Shown here piece by piece: positions 29,240 to 38,209 of a DNA stretch of 64,000 bases. The stretch is from an uncultured Verrucomicrobiae bacterium. GTDB taxonomy: Bacteria > Verrucomicrobiota > Verrucomicrobiia > Chthoniobacterales > UBA10450. Numbering within the stretch: position 1 is the first letter of the stretch; each line of letters begins with the position of its first letter. The position numbers were made by a program, and so were the translations under genes. Where the stretch lies: assembly GCA_963834385.1 (NCBI GenBank), contig CAWIBO010000002.1, positions 224,001 through 288,000 on the forward strand, read 5' to 3'. The notes beneath the pieces are model-generated. The model saw nothing but the letters and a program-made list of their open reading frames with translations, had not been told where the DNA came from and ran no database searches.

Positions 29240-30946
29240 TTATTCGGCCGGCGTGCCGGCAACCCGCGTCAGCAGGGCTCTTTCCTCCGGCAACAGCCGG
29301 GCTGCCGCGGCCCGTTCGATGAACGGCCGGGCCTCTTCTTTCCGCCCGGCGGCCGCGAGGAAAAGGGCGTGGTAAGCGGCGATCCCGGGGTCTTGCAGCG
29401 CTTCGGCCGGGAGTTTCTCCATGATGGCTAGGGCCTGTTCCGGGCCGCTCGAGCGGTAGACCGAAAAGGCATAGGTTGAAGCGTAGGCGGGATCGGCGCC
29501 ATGCGTCTGGTAAAGCTGCCGGGAAAGGGCGCGGGCCCGTTCCGGCTCGGCGTCGAGGAGGAGGGCGACCTGGGCAAAGTTGTTTTTGATCTTGGGATCG
29601 TCCGGATTGACCTCCACGAGGATGCGCAGGGTGCGATAGAGCCCCTGGGTGTCGCGGGCCTCGGCATAATAAGCATAAAGGGTGGCCAGTGCCTCAGCCC
29701 GGGTTTCGGGATGTTTGGTGAGCTGCCAGAGCAGGTCCAGCGTCTCCTCCTTCCAGTTCCAATCCGAGATTGTCCGGGTGAGCAACTGGAGGAACTGCGG
29801 CTGCTCCGAGGCGAGTTTTTGGGCGTCGGCCCATTCGCGCGTGGCCGCGGCCATCTTGTCCTGGCCGCGCAGGGCGCGGGCCAGCATCGCCTTGCGCAGG
29901 AAATCGAACTGGCCCCAGCGGGCGTTGCGCACCAGCTCCTCCACCGCCTTCCAATCGCGACCGAGCGCATGGGAATCGGCCAGGACAAGCGGCACGGGCC
30001 ATTCCTTTAATTTTTCCGGGGGAACGCTGCGCGCAAAATCGACCGCGAGGGCGCTGAGGCCGCTCCGGTTCATCCAGCCGAGGAGCTCGGCGAGGTCGCG
30101 CGGTTGCGCCAGCGCGTCCGCCTCCATCTTCGAGAGGTATCCGACGTACTCCGGAGCCTTGAGCTGACGCAGGATATCGAGATAGACGAGCCGGTCGCCG
30201 AAGGTCGCTTCCGGGTAGGCCTGGAGTTCGCGCGCCAGCTCGAAAGCCACGTGGGCGGTCTCGCGTCGGGTAACGGCGTCGGTGATCAAAGCGCGGGTGG
30301 CGGGAACGCGGTGGGCCGGGTCGGCGCGGAGCGCGGTGAGGGAGGCGCGCGCCTTTTCCTGCCGGGCCGGGTCGCGCGAGGCGAGCTGGCTAAGGGCATG
30401 TTTCAGCCGGTAAAGCGAGTCGGCGGGGGCAAGCTCAACCGCGCGGGCCCAGTGTGGTTCCGCCTCCTCCATTTTCCTGTGCGCTTCGGCGACGCGCGCC
30501 GCGGAAGCATGATAGGAAGCGGTGTCACGATGCTCCGGCGGAATGGCGGCGAGGGCCCGCTCCGCCGTGGCGGTTTCGCCGAAGAGCAGGGCCGTCGTAA
30601 TCAGGGCGGAAGCGTCTTCAACGGAGCCGGGCGCCAGTTCAAGGGCGGTTTTGCGCCATTCCAGCGCGGTGCGATCGTTGGCCGATTCCGCCATTTTGGC
30701 AATGAGGCGGGCCGCGTCGAGGCTGTAAGGATTGATCTGGAACGCGCGGCGCGCGGTCAGGGTGGCTTCCTTCAGGTCGCCGCCGCTCATGAAGGCCGCG
30801 GCCCGGCGAAGCAGGCGTTTCTCCTCCCAATCCCGGTAAAGATGGCAGCCGCCCCAGCACATGAGGCTGAAGAGGACGAGGCCGACCAGGATGCCGATCG
30901 ACAGCCTGATATAAAATTTTTCCCGGCGGGCGTGATAAGCTTCCAC
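29240..30946 (-). CDS. Membrane-anchored TPR-repeat protein
   Basis: N-terminal TM then Ala/Leu/Arg-rich helical repeats (e.g. NPDDPKIKNNFAQVALLL, YASTYAFS). Confidence 0.8.
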   Translation of the reverse strand: MEAYHARREKFYIRLSIGILVGLVLFSLMCWGGCHLYRDWEEKRLLRRAAAFMSGGDLKEATLTARRAFQINPYSLDAARLIAKMAESANDRTALEWRKTALELAPGSVEDASALITTALLFGETATAERALAAIPPEHRDTASYHASAARVAEAHRKMEEAEPHWARAVELAPADSLYRLKHALSQLASRDPARQEKARASLTALRADPAHRVPATRALITDAVTRRETAHVAFELARELQAYPEATFGDRLVYLDILRQLKAPEYVGYLSKMEADALAQPRDLAELLGWMNRSGLSALAVDFARSVPPEKLKEWPVPLVLADSHALGRDWKAVEELVRNARWGQFDFLRKAMLARALRGQDKMAAATREWADAQKLASEQPQFLQLLTRTISDWNWKEETLDLLWQLTKHPETRAEALATLYAYYAEARDTQGLYRTLRILVEVNPDDPKIKNNFAQVALLLDAEPERARALSRQLYQTHGADPAYASTYAFSVYRSSGPEQALAIMEKLPAEALQDPGIAAYHALFLAAAGRKEEARPFIERAAAARLLPEERALLTRVAGTPAE

Positions 30947-30958
30947 GGCGTTCTCCTA

Positions 30959-30974
30959 AGCAAAATACAGACCG
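30959..30974 (-). promoter_or_regulatory. Putative sigma54 promoter of the TPR gene
   Basis: CGGTCT-GTATT-TTGCT (GG-N10-GC), 13 nt before GTG 30946. Confidence 0.55.
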
Positions 30975-30999
30975 GTGACCGGTCTGCGACCGTGAAAAG

Positions 31000-31668
31000 T
31001 CAGGAAAGCCTCAGGAGACCCGCAGAGCGACGCTTGCGGAGCTTCAGCGCGGCGACGAGCAGAACGAAAAGACCGGCCGCCCAGGTGCCTGGTTCCGGCA
31101 CGACCACGGCGCCGTGGGTCGCGACGTTGTCAAAACGCATGGCGTTGCTGGGTCCCCCGGCGTTCCAACCGTAAAACTTGAACGTAACGGTGGTGGCCTC
31201 AGTGGCCGCGGGGATATCGGCGAAATCGAAAGTGTAACTTTGGATGGGGGCGCTGGCCGGCGTCCAGCCGTAGGTGGCGTAGGCGCTGGAAGAGCCATTG
31301 ATGAAAAGCGAGACCTGCGCGTTGCTCAGGCCGGCGCCGTTCTTCATCGAATCAAAGGTCAGGCTGGTCAGGGTGAGGACCATGCCGGGATCGGCCGTGA
31401 TGGTGAAGCCGGCCCAAATGTTCGGATCGAGGGTGGCACTTTCCGCCCAGTCTTTGCTCTCAAACTCGTTCGCGCGGCCGGTGTCGCTCAACCCGCCGTT
31501 GCGGGTGAAATCGCTGAAGACGGCCCCGCTCGGCTGCGGGTTGGTCTGGTCCACTGCCAGTCCTGAGCCATCGGAGCCCGGAAAATCGTAGGTGTAAATC
31601 ACCGCGGAAGAGGCGTTTGGGGCCAGAGCGAACCCGAGAAGAGCGGAGATGAGAAGGGAGTATTTCAT
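31000..31668 (-). CDS. PEP-CTERM sorting-domain protein
   Basis: Signal peptide plus C-terminal VVVPEPGTWAAGLFVLLVAALKLRKRR. Confidence 0.92.
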   Translation of the reverse strand: MKYSLLISALLGFALAPNASSAVIYTYDFPGSDGSGLAVDQTNPQPSGAVFSDFTRNGGLSDTGRANEFESKDWAESATLDPNIWAGFTITADPGMVLTLTSLTFDSMKNGAGLSNAQVSLFINGSSSAYATYGWTPASAPIQSYTFDFADIPAATEATTVTFKFYGWNAGGPSNAMRFDNVATHGAVVVPEPGTWAAGLFVLLVAALKLRKRRSAGLLRLS

Positions 31669-31689
31669 GGATGAATTCTGGAAATTATA

Positions 31690-31705
31690 AGCGGGTTCCG
31701 TGCCA
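31690..31705 (-). promoter_or_regulatory. sigma54 -24/-12 promoter of the PEP-CTERM gene
   Basis: TGGCAC-GGAAC-CCGCT (GG-N10-GC), 22 nt before ATG 31668. Confidence 0.65.
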
Positions 31706-31774
31706 TCAGCCGCCGCCGCAGCCTCTTTTTACGCTCGGGGTCGCGCCCGACCGCTTCTGTCTTACTGTCCGGAC

Positions 31775-32161
31775 ATGAAACAGTTGGCGCTGGTCGGGTT
31801 GGGCGGTTTCATCGGGGCAATCGGGCGTTACCTCCTCGGCGGCGCCGTCCTTCACCTCACCGCCTCCTGGCGTTTTCCGGTGAGCACTTTCCTGGTCAAC
31901 CTGGCCGGCTGCTTCTGCCTGGGGGCGCTCGCCGCCCTCGCGGAACAGCGCGACTTCTTTAGCCCGGCCCTCCGCCTTTTTCTTTTCACCGGCATCCTCG
32001 GGGGTTTCACCACCTTCTCGGCCTTCGGTTACGAGTGTTTCTTCCTGCTGCGGCGGGGAGAAGTCCTGGTCGCGGCCCTGTATGCCATGGGCAGCGTGGG
32101 CGGCGGGCTGGGCGCCGTCTGGATCGGTTTTCGCCTGTTGAGCGTGCTGGCGCCGCGCTAG
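31775..32161 (+). CDS. crcB: Fluoride efflux channel CrcB/Fluc
   Basis: GGFIGAIGRY, FPVSTFLVN, TGILGGFTTFSAF. Confidence 0.95.
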   Translation: MKQLALVGLGGFIGAIGRYLLGGAVLHLTASWRFPVSTFLVNLAGCFCLGALAALAEQRDFFSPALRLFLFTGILGGFTTFSAFGYECFFLLRRGEVLVAALYAMGSVGGGLGAVWIGFRLLSVLAPR

Positions 32162-32168
32162 GCCGACA

Positions 32169-32540
32169 TCACGCGGCGCTCGCGACCTTGTCGATGGTCC
32201 GGCGAAGCTCGCGGACGTCGAAGGGTTTCGCCATCATCTCGTCCACCTCGAGATCGGCGTAGGCGCCGCGGGTGTCGGTGGAGAGGTGCGCGGAAAGCAC
32301 CAGGATCTTGCCCGCGAAGTTCAGCTCGCGCAGACGTTGCACCAGCTCGAGACCGGAGATGCCGGGCATGTTGTTGTCGGTGATGACCATGTCAAAGTCG
32401 CGCGCCGCGATCATCTCCAGAGCCTCGTGTCCGCTGAGTGCGCTGGCCACCTCGCGGCCCGGTTCACTCAGGACAAAGAGAAGGGATTGCGCCACCGCCG
32501 GTTCGTCGTCGACTGTGAGAATGCGCATGGCTTGTTCCAT
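32169..32540 (-). CDS. Single-domain response regulator (CheY-like)
   Basis: ILTVDDE, ITDNNMPGISG, LSA and KPF motifs. Confidence 0.92.
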   Translation of the reverse strand: MEQAMRILTVDDEPAVAQSLLFVLSEPGREVASALSGHEALEMIAARDFDMVITDNNMPGISGLELVQRLRELNFAGKILVLSAHLSTDTRGAYADLEVDEMMAKPFDVRELRRTIDKVASAA

Positions 32541-32553
32541 GCCCCGCCTGCAA

Positions 32554-32569
32554 TGCATGGGCTATGCCA
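32554..32569 (-). promoter_or_regulatory. sigma54 -24/-12 promoter of the response regulator
   Basis: TGGCAT-AGCCC-ATGCA (GG-N10-GC), 14 nt before ATG 32540. Confidence 0.7.
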
Positions 32570-32586
32570 TCGCCTGGGAAAATAAA

Positions 32587-32964
32587 TCAGGCGGCGGCGC
32601 TGCCCGGTCCGGGTGGTCGCACTTCCCCCTTGCGCAGGGCGGCGCGCGCCGCCGCCGCGGAGCGGAAGATCGGAATGATCTGGTCGAACTTGACCACGTC
32701 AAAGATCGGCTGGACCCGCGCGTTGAGGCCGGCGAGGCAGAGAACGCCGTCGTAGTCCGAGGCGTCCCGCCTGTATTCCATGATGGCGGCGAGCCCGGTG
32801 GAATCGATGTATTCCACCTCGGAGAAATCGAGGATGAGCGCCGGGCAGCGGGCCTTGACCTTGCCCTGGAGGAGTGAGCGGAGCACGGGGGAATAATGGA
32901 GGTCGATCTGTCCGGCCAGCGCGAGGACAATCGCGGTCTCATCGGCCTCCTCCTTCAAGCGCAT
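32587..32964 (-). CDS. STAS-domain anti-sigma factor antagonist
   Basis: LAGQIDL...LILDFSEVEYIDSTGL with the conserved phosphorylatable Ser. Confidence 0.9.
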   Translation of the reverse strand: MRLKEEADETAIVLALAGQIDLHYSPVLRSLLQGKVKARCPALILDFSEVEYIDSTGLAAIMEYRRDASDYDGVLCLAGLNARVQPIFDVVKFDQIIPIFRSAAAARAALRKGEVRPPGPGSAAA

Positions 32965-33038
32965 CTTCTTCTTTTCGTCTGATGTCCGGTGCGCGGCTGC
33001 TTCAAAAAGATCGGGGTGCGCGCGACCCCGGCGCCGCC

Positions 33039-33054
33039 CGGCACTGATTGTGCT
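33039..33054 (+). promoter_or_regulatory. sigma54 -24/-12 promoter of an orphan small gene
   Basis: CGGCAC-TGATT-GTGCT (GG-N10-GC), 14 nt before ATG 33068. Confidence 0.65.
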
Positions 33055-33067
33055 GCGATCTCGCGGC

Positions 33068-33376
33068 ATGTTCATGATGCATTCGGCGCCCAAAGAACAG
33101 CGCGAAACCGTCCGCAACCTTCTGCGCATGGTCATGATCCGCGACATGGGCACGTTCAATCCCGATCGGTTCAAGGACTGGGTGCGCAATCTCGACAAGG
33201 AGTTTCGCAAGATCGGCCTTACCCTGCGTTTTGAGATCAAGAATCGCGTGGTCCATTTTTCCATCAAGGAGATCAAGGTCGGCCGGATTGTTTTCCGTTT
33301 TCCCTCCTCGACCCGGCTGCCCTTTGACGGCCGGGAGGTCGTGATGAGCTACGAGGAAATGCCGGCCTCGCGCTAG
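33068..33376 (+). CDS. Hypothetical basic protein (102 aa)
   Basis: Protein-like ORF with its own sigma54-like promoter; no recognised family. Confidence 0.7.
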   Translation: MFMMHSAPKEQRETVRNLLRMVMIRDMGTFNPDRFKDWVRNLDKEFRKIGLTLRFEIKNRVVHFSIKEIKVGRIVFRFPSSTRLPFDGREVVMSYEEMPASR

Positions 33377-33667
33377 GGCGCGCCGGTGACGAAGGTGGCG
33401 CGCAGTTTCTCTTTTTTCGTTTCGCAATCCTCCTGCAAGCCGCCGCACTTCCACCGCCAGTTGTTTCTCGAGCATTTCCACCTCGTCGGTGCTTCCGGTG
33501 CCGCGCGCCCCCCGGATTTGCTCCTTCAAGAGCAACTCCTTCTCCGCGATCCGTGCCCGATAGATTGATTCGATCTCGGCCAGTTCCTGTTTCTGGGCTT
33601 CGCTCAGGACCAGGGAAGGGGCGGACTTCTGCAGGCGTTCCATGGCGAGTTCGTAGGCGGACTTCAT
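33373..33667 (-). CDS. Small coiled-coil hypothetical protein (MKSAYELAMERL...); frameshift near 33440
   Basis: Helical N-terminus; the natural continuation LQEDCETKKEKLRATFVTGAP* lies in a shifted frame. Confidence 0.7.
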
Positions 33668-33703
33668 GGGATGAGGATAACGCGCCCCGGCAGAAGCAAA
33701 AGG

Positions 33704-34282
33704 TCAGGGCTCCACGATCACCGGGGTGCCCAGCGCGGCGGCATTGAAGAAACGCTCGGCCATGCGGGACGGCAGACGGACGCAGCCGTGCGAGGCGCGG
33801 TAACGAGGGACGTTGCCGGCATGCATGCCGTAGCCGCCGGTGAACCGGAGGAAGTAGGGCATCCTGGCGCCGGCAAATTCCGTTTCGTCCGGCATCGGAT
33901 CCTTTTTCACATCGACATCCTTGACCACGACCTCGCCATCCTCGTCGACATAATCGCCGTAGAGATTGGAGACATGGTCCTTGTCCTTCTGGATCACCTT
34001 GTAACGGCCGGGGGGCGTATCGAAACCCTTGCGGCCCGAGGAGATCCGGGATTCCCCGATGAGCCTGTCGCCGCGCTGGTAATAGGCGCGCTGGGCCGTG
34101 AGGTTGATCACGATCCGGTCGGGACCGGCGGCACCGGTTTCGTCCCAGAACGTCTCGCCCCGGGGAACAAGGGCCGGCTCTGCCGCCGGGCGCTGGAAAG
34201 CGCTTTCCAGGGCGGCACAGCCGGTGAACCCGGCCGCCGCGAGAAGCAGGAGGGACAAACGAAGCAGGGTGGCGGGTGTCAT
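33704..34282 (-). CDS. L,D-transpeptidase family lipoprotein (YkuD)
   Basis: Lipobox FTGC; ISSG...TPPG and GMHAG...ASHGCVRL catalytic motif. Confidence 0.92.
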   Translation of the reverse strand: MTPATLLRLSLLLLAAAGFTGCAALESAFQRPAAEPALVPRGETFWDETGAAGPDRIVINLTAQRAYYQRGDRLIGESRISSGRKGFDTPPGRYKVIQKDKDHVSNLYGDYVDEDGEVVVKDVDVKKDPMPDETEFAGARMPYFLRFTGGYGMHAGNVPRYRASHGCVRLPSRMAERFFNAAALGTPVIVEP

Positions 34283-34353
34283 GCGAACGCCGGATGGTAA
34301 AGTGCGCAGGGCGGGTCGCAATCGAAAAATCCGGCGGAAGTGCGCTCAAAAAA

Positions 34354-34441
34354 CGGTGAGGGAGGGATTCGAACCCTCGGTACCCTTTTGGGGTACGGCG
34401 CTTTAGCAAAGCGCTGCTTTCGACCACTCAGCCACCTCACC
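34354..34441 (-). tRNA. tRNA-Ser(GCT)
   Basis: Reverse complement GGTGAGGTGGCTGAGTGGTCGAAAGCAGCGCTTTGCTAAAGCGCCGTACCCCAAAAGGGTACCGAGGGTTCGAATCCCTCCCTCACCG: anticodon GCT, long variable arm, TTCGAAT T-loop, no encoded CCA. Confidence 0.96.
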
Positions 34442-34450
34442 AGAAGTGCG

Positions 34451-34480
34451 AGAATATGGGGTGAGGCGCGGGATCGTCAA
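34451..34480 (-). promoter_or_regulatory. sigma70 promoter of tRNA-Ser
   Basis: TTGACG-N18-TATTCT ending 9 nt before the tRNA. Confidence 0.65.
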
Positions 34481-34556
34481 CCAGACCGCCCCCGGCCCGG
34501 GTTGGAAGCGCAAGGGCGGACCGCCCCTCCGCCCCAAGGCGCCGCTGCCCAAGCGG

Positions 34557-34584
34557 TTGACACTCCCGTCCTCTCTTTTAGCTT
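34557..34584 (+). promoter_or_regulatory. sigma70 promoter of the marR-tolC unit
   Basis: TTGACA-N16-TAGCTT, 8 nt before in-frame TTG 34593. Confidence 0.6.
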
Positions 34585-34592
34585 TGGAGCGC

Positions 34593-35069
34593 TTGAACTC
34601 CCCGCTGGCATCCGAGAATTCCTCCAAGGCGTCCGCCCCTTTCCGGGCCGATGCGGAGCGGCTCTCCCACATCATCCTGGAGATGCAGCGCTGCTTCATT
34701 CTCCGCCTTTGCAACGAATTGGCCCCGGGCAACGTCTCGTTCCCGCAATTTTTTCTCCTCGCCTCCCTCGACCACAAGGAGGTGCTGACGATGTCAGCCA
34801 TTGCCCAGAAAATGGGGCACACCACCGCGGCGGCGAGCGGTCTGGTGGCGCGCCTCGAAAGCTCTGGTTATGTGATGCGTTCCCATGCCCCCGAGGACCG
34901 CCGGAAGGTGATGGTCTGCATCACCCCCAAGGGCTCCGCCCTGGTCCGGCGCATCCGGGAGGAGATGGTCGGGAACCTGATGAAAATCATGGCCCACCTG
35001 ACCCCGGGCGAACAAAAAGCTTGGCTACAAATCTACAGTAAGATTTATGACTACTGCCAAACCAAATGA
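34593..35069 (+). CDS. MarR family transcriptional regulator
   Basis: VSFPQFFLL, LTMSAIAQKMG...VARLESSGYV, EDRRKVMVCITPKG; start codon uncertain. Confidence 0.92.
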   Translation: MNSPLASENSSKASAPFRADAERLSHIILEMQRCFILRLCNELAPGNVSFPQFFLLASLDHKEVLTMSAIAQKMGHTTAAASGLVARLESSGYVMRSHAPEDRRKVMVCITPKGSALVRRIREEMVGNLMKIMAHLTPGEQKAWLQIYSKIYDYCQTK

Positions 35070-36723
35070 TTATCCCCCTGGCAGTGGTGCTTCGCTCATT
35101 CTTTAAAAAAACGGATCGTCCTCCCGCCGCGTGCGCGGCCGGGACGGGATCCGCCCGTGCTGCCCGGCGCTGGCCTGCCTGGCTGGCCGGGCTGAGCCTG
35201 CCGCTGCTCGCGATTGTTTCGTCCCACGTGTTGCTGGCTGGCGAGGAAACGATTTCGCCGGGCCACCCGCGCTCCTTTACCTTGAACGAGGCGGTGGAGA
35301 CCGCGCTGCGCCAGAATCCCGACATCCTGCGGGCGCTGCAGGAAATTGAGCGCACCAAGGGGCTCCTCGTGGAAGTGCGTGCGCAGGCCTTGCCGCGGCT
35401 GGATGCGACCGCGGTTTTCCGGCAGACCGACCCGAACCTGACTGATTTTGGCAGCGGCTTTGCCGTGACGGGTGGCGGAGGCGGGGTCACGCCAACGCCC
35501 ATGCCGACGGCGACCCCGATGGACGGCGCCAGCTTCACCAGCTTTGGAACAACGGACAATTCCTACAACCTGGCCTTTGAAGTGACCCAGCTGGTTTATT
35601 CCGGCTCGGTTTTCCCGGCGATCCGGGCGGCCAACTTCACGCGTGACATTGCCTACTACCAGCTCCGCGATGTGGTGGACACGGTGATCTCCAACGTGCG
35701 GCAGCAGTTTTACCTCGTGCTTTTGAACAAGGCCCTGATCGAGGTGCAGGACGAGTCGATCCGCCTCTTGAACAGCCAGCTGCGCGACCAGCAAAACCGT
35801 TTCGAGGCGGGCACCGTGCCGCGCTTCAACGTCCTCCGGGCCGAGGTGGAGCTTTCCAACCAGCGCCCGGAACTGATCCGGGCCCGCAATAATTACCGGA
35901 TCACGCAGTTGCAACTGGCCAAAACCCTCGGGCTCGATTTCGACCCGGCGCGGGGTGACGGAGATCCCCTGCGCGTGGTGGGATCGCTCGATTACGAGCC
36001 GCGCAACATTCCTCTCACGGTCGCAATCGAGATGGGCAAGGAGCGCCGGACCTTCCTGAAGCAGCAGCGGGCCAACATGCTCACGCAAAAGGAACAGGTC
36101 CGAATCGCGGCGGCCGGTTATCACCCAACCATCCGGCTCAATGGCGGCTACGAATTCCAAAGTTCGCCTTTCAGCGACAACGTGCGCGACGCGCAGGGCG
36201 GATACACCGTGGGCGCGGTGGGCGAGTGGGCCATCTGGGACAGCGGCGCAACCTACGGCCGGATCAAGCAGGCCAAGGCGGTTTACGAGCAGGCGCGCAT
36301 CACCCTCGAGGACGCGGTGCGACAGGTCGAACTGGAGATTCAGCAGGCGTATTCCAGCATGCAGCAGAACCGCGAACTCATCGGAAGCCAGGCCAAGAAT
36401 GTCGAGCAGGCCCAGGAATCCCTGCGCCTCGCCGGCGCCCGCCTCGATGCCGGGGCCGGGACCCAGCTTGAGGTCCTCGATGCCCGGGTGGCGCTGACCC
36501 GTTCCCAATCAACCCGGTTGCAGGCCCTTTACGATTACAATGCCGCGGTGGCGGAATTCGATCGCGTGACGGCGAGCGATACGGTCTACGTCGCGCCTTT
36601 TGTCGACCCGGCGGACCGTCGCCGGCGCGGGCGGGCGCCGGTCGCCCGCAGCAGTACACGACGACGACCACCACGACAACGACCGCCGCCGGCGAGGCCC
36701 GGTCGGCCGGCTATTCCAAATAG
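35066..36723 (+). CDS. TolC family outer-membrane efflux protein; apparent frameshift near 36655
   Basis: TLNEAVETALRQNPD, RFEAGTVPRFNVLRAEV and RLDAGAGTQLEVLDA OEP repeats; a Thr-rich tail TTTTTTTTAAGEARSAGYSK* ends at 36723 in a shifted frame. Confidence 0.85.
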
Positions 36724-36757
36724 TCGCGGCCCTGGCGCCCGCGGCGCCCCTTTCCCT

Positions 36758-37450
36758 TTGAACGACGTCCCCCTTGAGTTTTTCCCTGCCTTGCAGGTGC
36801 TCCCTGTTCGCCATGCTTTTGTCCGCCGGGTCCCGGGACTGGACGTTGCCCACGACAAGGAGGAGGCCTTGCGCCGGCTGGACCAGGTGCATTTCTCCGT
36901 GCGCCAGCTCCTGGCCGGGCTGCGTTATCCCTTTCTCATGGCGGAACAGGTCCACGGCAACGATGTCGCGGTGATCCGGGAGAAACCGGACGAGGATCAC
37001 TGTTTTGCGGACTGCGACGCCCTTGTGACCGATCTGCCGGAGGTTTGGCTGGGCATCCATGTGGCGGATTGCGGCGCCGTTTACCTGGTTGACCCGCGGC
37101 GCCAGGTGATTGGCCTGGCGCATTCCGGCCGCAAAGGGACAGAATTGAATATTGTCGGGCGAACGATTGCCGCCATGCACGATCATTTCGGCACCGATCC
37201 CGCCGACCTGGTCGTCCAGCTTGGTCCCTGTATTCGTCCGCCGCATTACGAAGTCGATTTCGCGGCGGAAATCATCCGACAAAGCCGGGAGGCGGGCGTG
37301 CAGCAGGTGCACGACTGCGGGCTCTGCACCGCGTGCGACCTGGAAAAATATTATTCCTACCGCCTGGAGAAGGGGAAGACCGGGCGGATGCTGGCCTTAC
37401 TCGCTCTCGGCGTCGCCGAGGTCGCCCCGTTTGCTCCGGCGGAGGGGTGA
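36758..37450 (+). CDS. pgeF: YfiH/PgeF (polyphenol oxidase/laccase-domain) family protein
   Basis: EQVHG, CDALVT, VADC, AHSG, GPCI, CT...YYSYR...GRM motifs; probable TTG start. Confidence 0.85.
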   Translation: MNDVPLEFFPALQVLPVRHAFVRRVPGLDVAHDKEEALRRLDQVHFSVRQLLAGLRYPFLMAEQVHGNDVAVIREKPDEDHCFADCDALVTDLPEVWLGIHVADCGAVYLVDPRRQVIGLAHSGRKGTELNIVGRTIAAMHDHFGTDPADLVVQLGPCIRPPHYEVDFAAEIIRQSREAGVQQVHDCGLCTACDLEKYYSYRLEKGKTGRMLALLALGVAEVAPFAPAEG

Positions 37451-38209
37451 GACGCCGCGCTTCGAGTGCGCGATGAAATCGAAGAACTCGCGCGCGAAAG
37501 GCGACCATTCCTGCTCGGCGGCAGCCGCGAGCGCCTGGCGCACGTTGTGTCCGCTTTCGTAGAAGAGCTTGAAGGCGCGCTTGATCTCGTCCCGCGCGGC
37601 TGCGTCCAGCCCGGACCGCCGAAGCCCGATGACATTGAGGCCATAAATCTGGTTCAGGCCGGTGGCCATGACGTAGGGCGGGACGTCCTTGCTGAAGCCG
37701 GAATTGCCCTGGAGCATGGCGAGCCGGCCGACATGCACATGCTGGTGAAAGGTGCAGCCGCCGCCAATGAAGGCGTTGTCACCAATCTGGACGTGCCCCC
37801 CGAGGAGACAGCTGTTGGCGATGATCACGCCATGGCCGACCTGCGCGTTATGCCCAAGATGCGCGCCCGCCATGAGAAAATTGCGGTCGCCGATCCGGGT
37901 GACGCTCCCGGCGATGGCGCCGCGATGGATGGTGCAATGCTCGCGCAGCGTGTTCTCCGCGCCGAGCACGACGCCGGAAATCGTTTTGCGGTCAAAGGAG
38001 AGATCCTGCGGGTCGCCGCCGATGACGGTGCCGTGTCCGATGCGATTACGCGGTCCCATTTCCACCGCGCCTTCGATGACAACGTGGGACTGGAGGACGC
38101 ATTCCTCGCCGATGACGGCGCCGGCGCTGACGACACAGAATGGCCCGATGACCGCCGAATCGGCCACGCGGGCGCCCGTTTCCACGAGGGCGGAAGGATG
38201 GATGCTCAC
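37397..38209 (-). CDS. lpxA: Acyl-ACP--UDP-N-acetylglucosamine O-acyltransferase
   Basis: SIHPSALVE, hexapeptide repeats, PQDL, MAGAHLGHN, HQH, DVPPY, GLNVIGLRR; GTG overlaps the radC stop. Confidence 0.9.
   Translation of the reverse strand: MSIHPSALVETGARVADSAVIGPFCVVSAGAVIGEECVLQSHVVIEGAVEMGPRNRIGHGTVIGGDPQDLSFDRKTISGVVLGAENTLREHCTIHRGAIAGSVTRIGDRNFLMAGAHLGHNAQVGHGVIIANSCLLGGHVQIGDNAFIGGGCTFHQHVHVGRLAMLQGNSGFSKDVPPYVMATGLNQIYGLNVIGLRRSGLDAAARDEIKRAFKLFYESGHNVRQALAAAAEQEWSPFAREFFDFIAHSKRGVSPLRRSKRGDLGDAESE

Noticed and set aside
31669..31774. Fluoride riboswitch upstream of crcB
   Set aside because: No recognisable GGxGATGG...CC...AAxC...GxTGATGxC pattern, and a -10-like hexamer 6 nt before the ATG leaves no leader.
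34354..34441. tRNA-Ser as an integration site of a genomic island
   Set aside because: No integrase was seen, and I noticed no duplicated tRNA 3' end elsewhere in the window.
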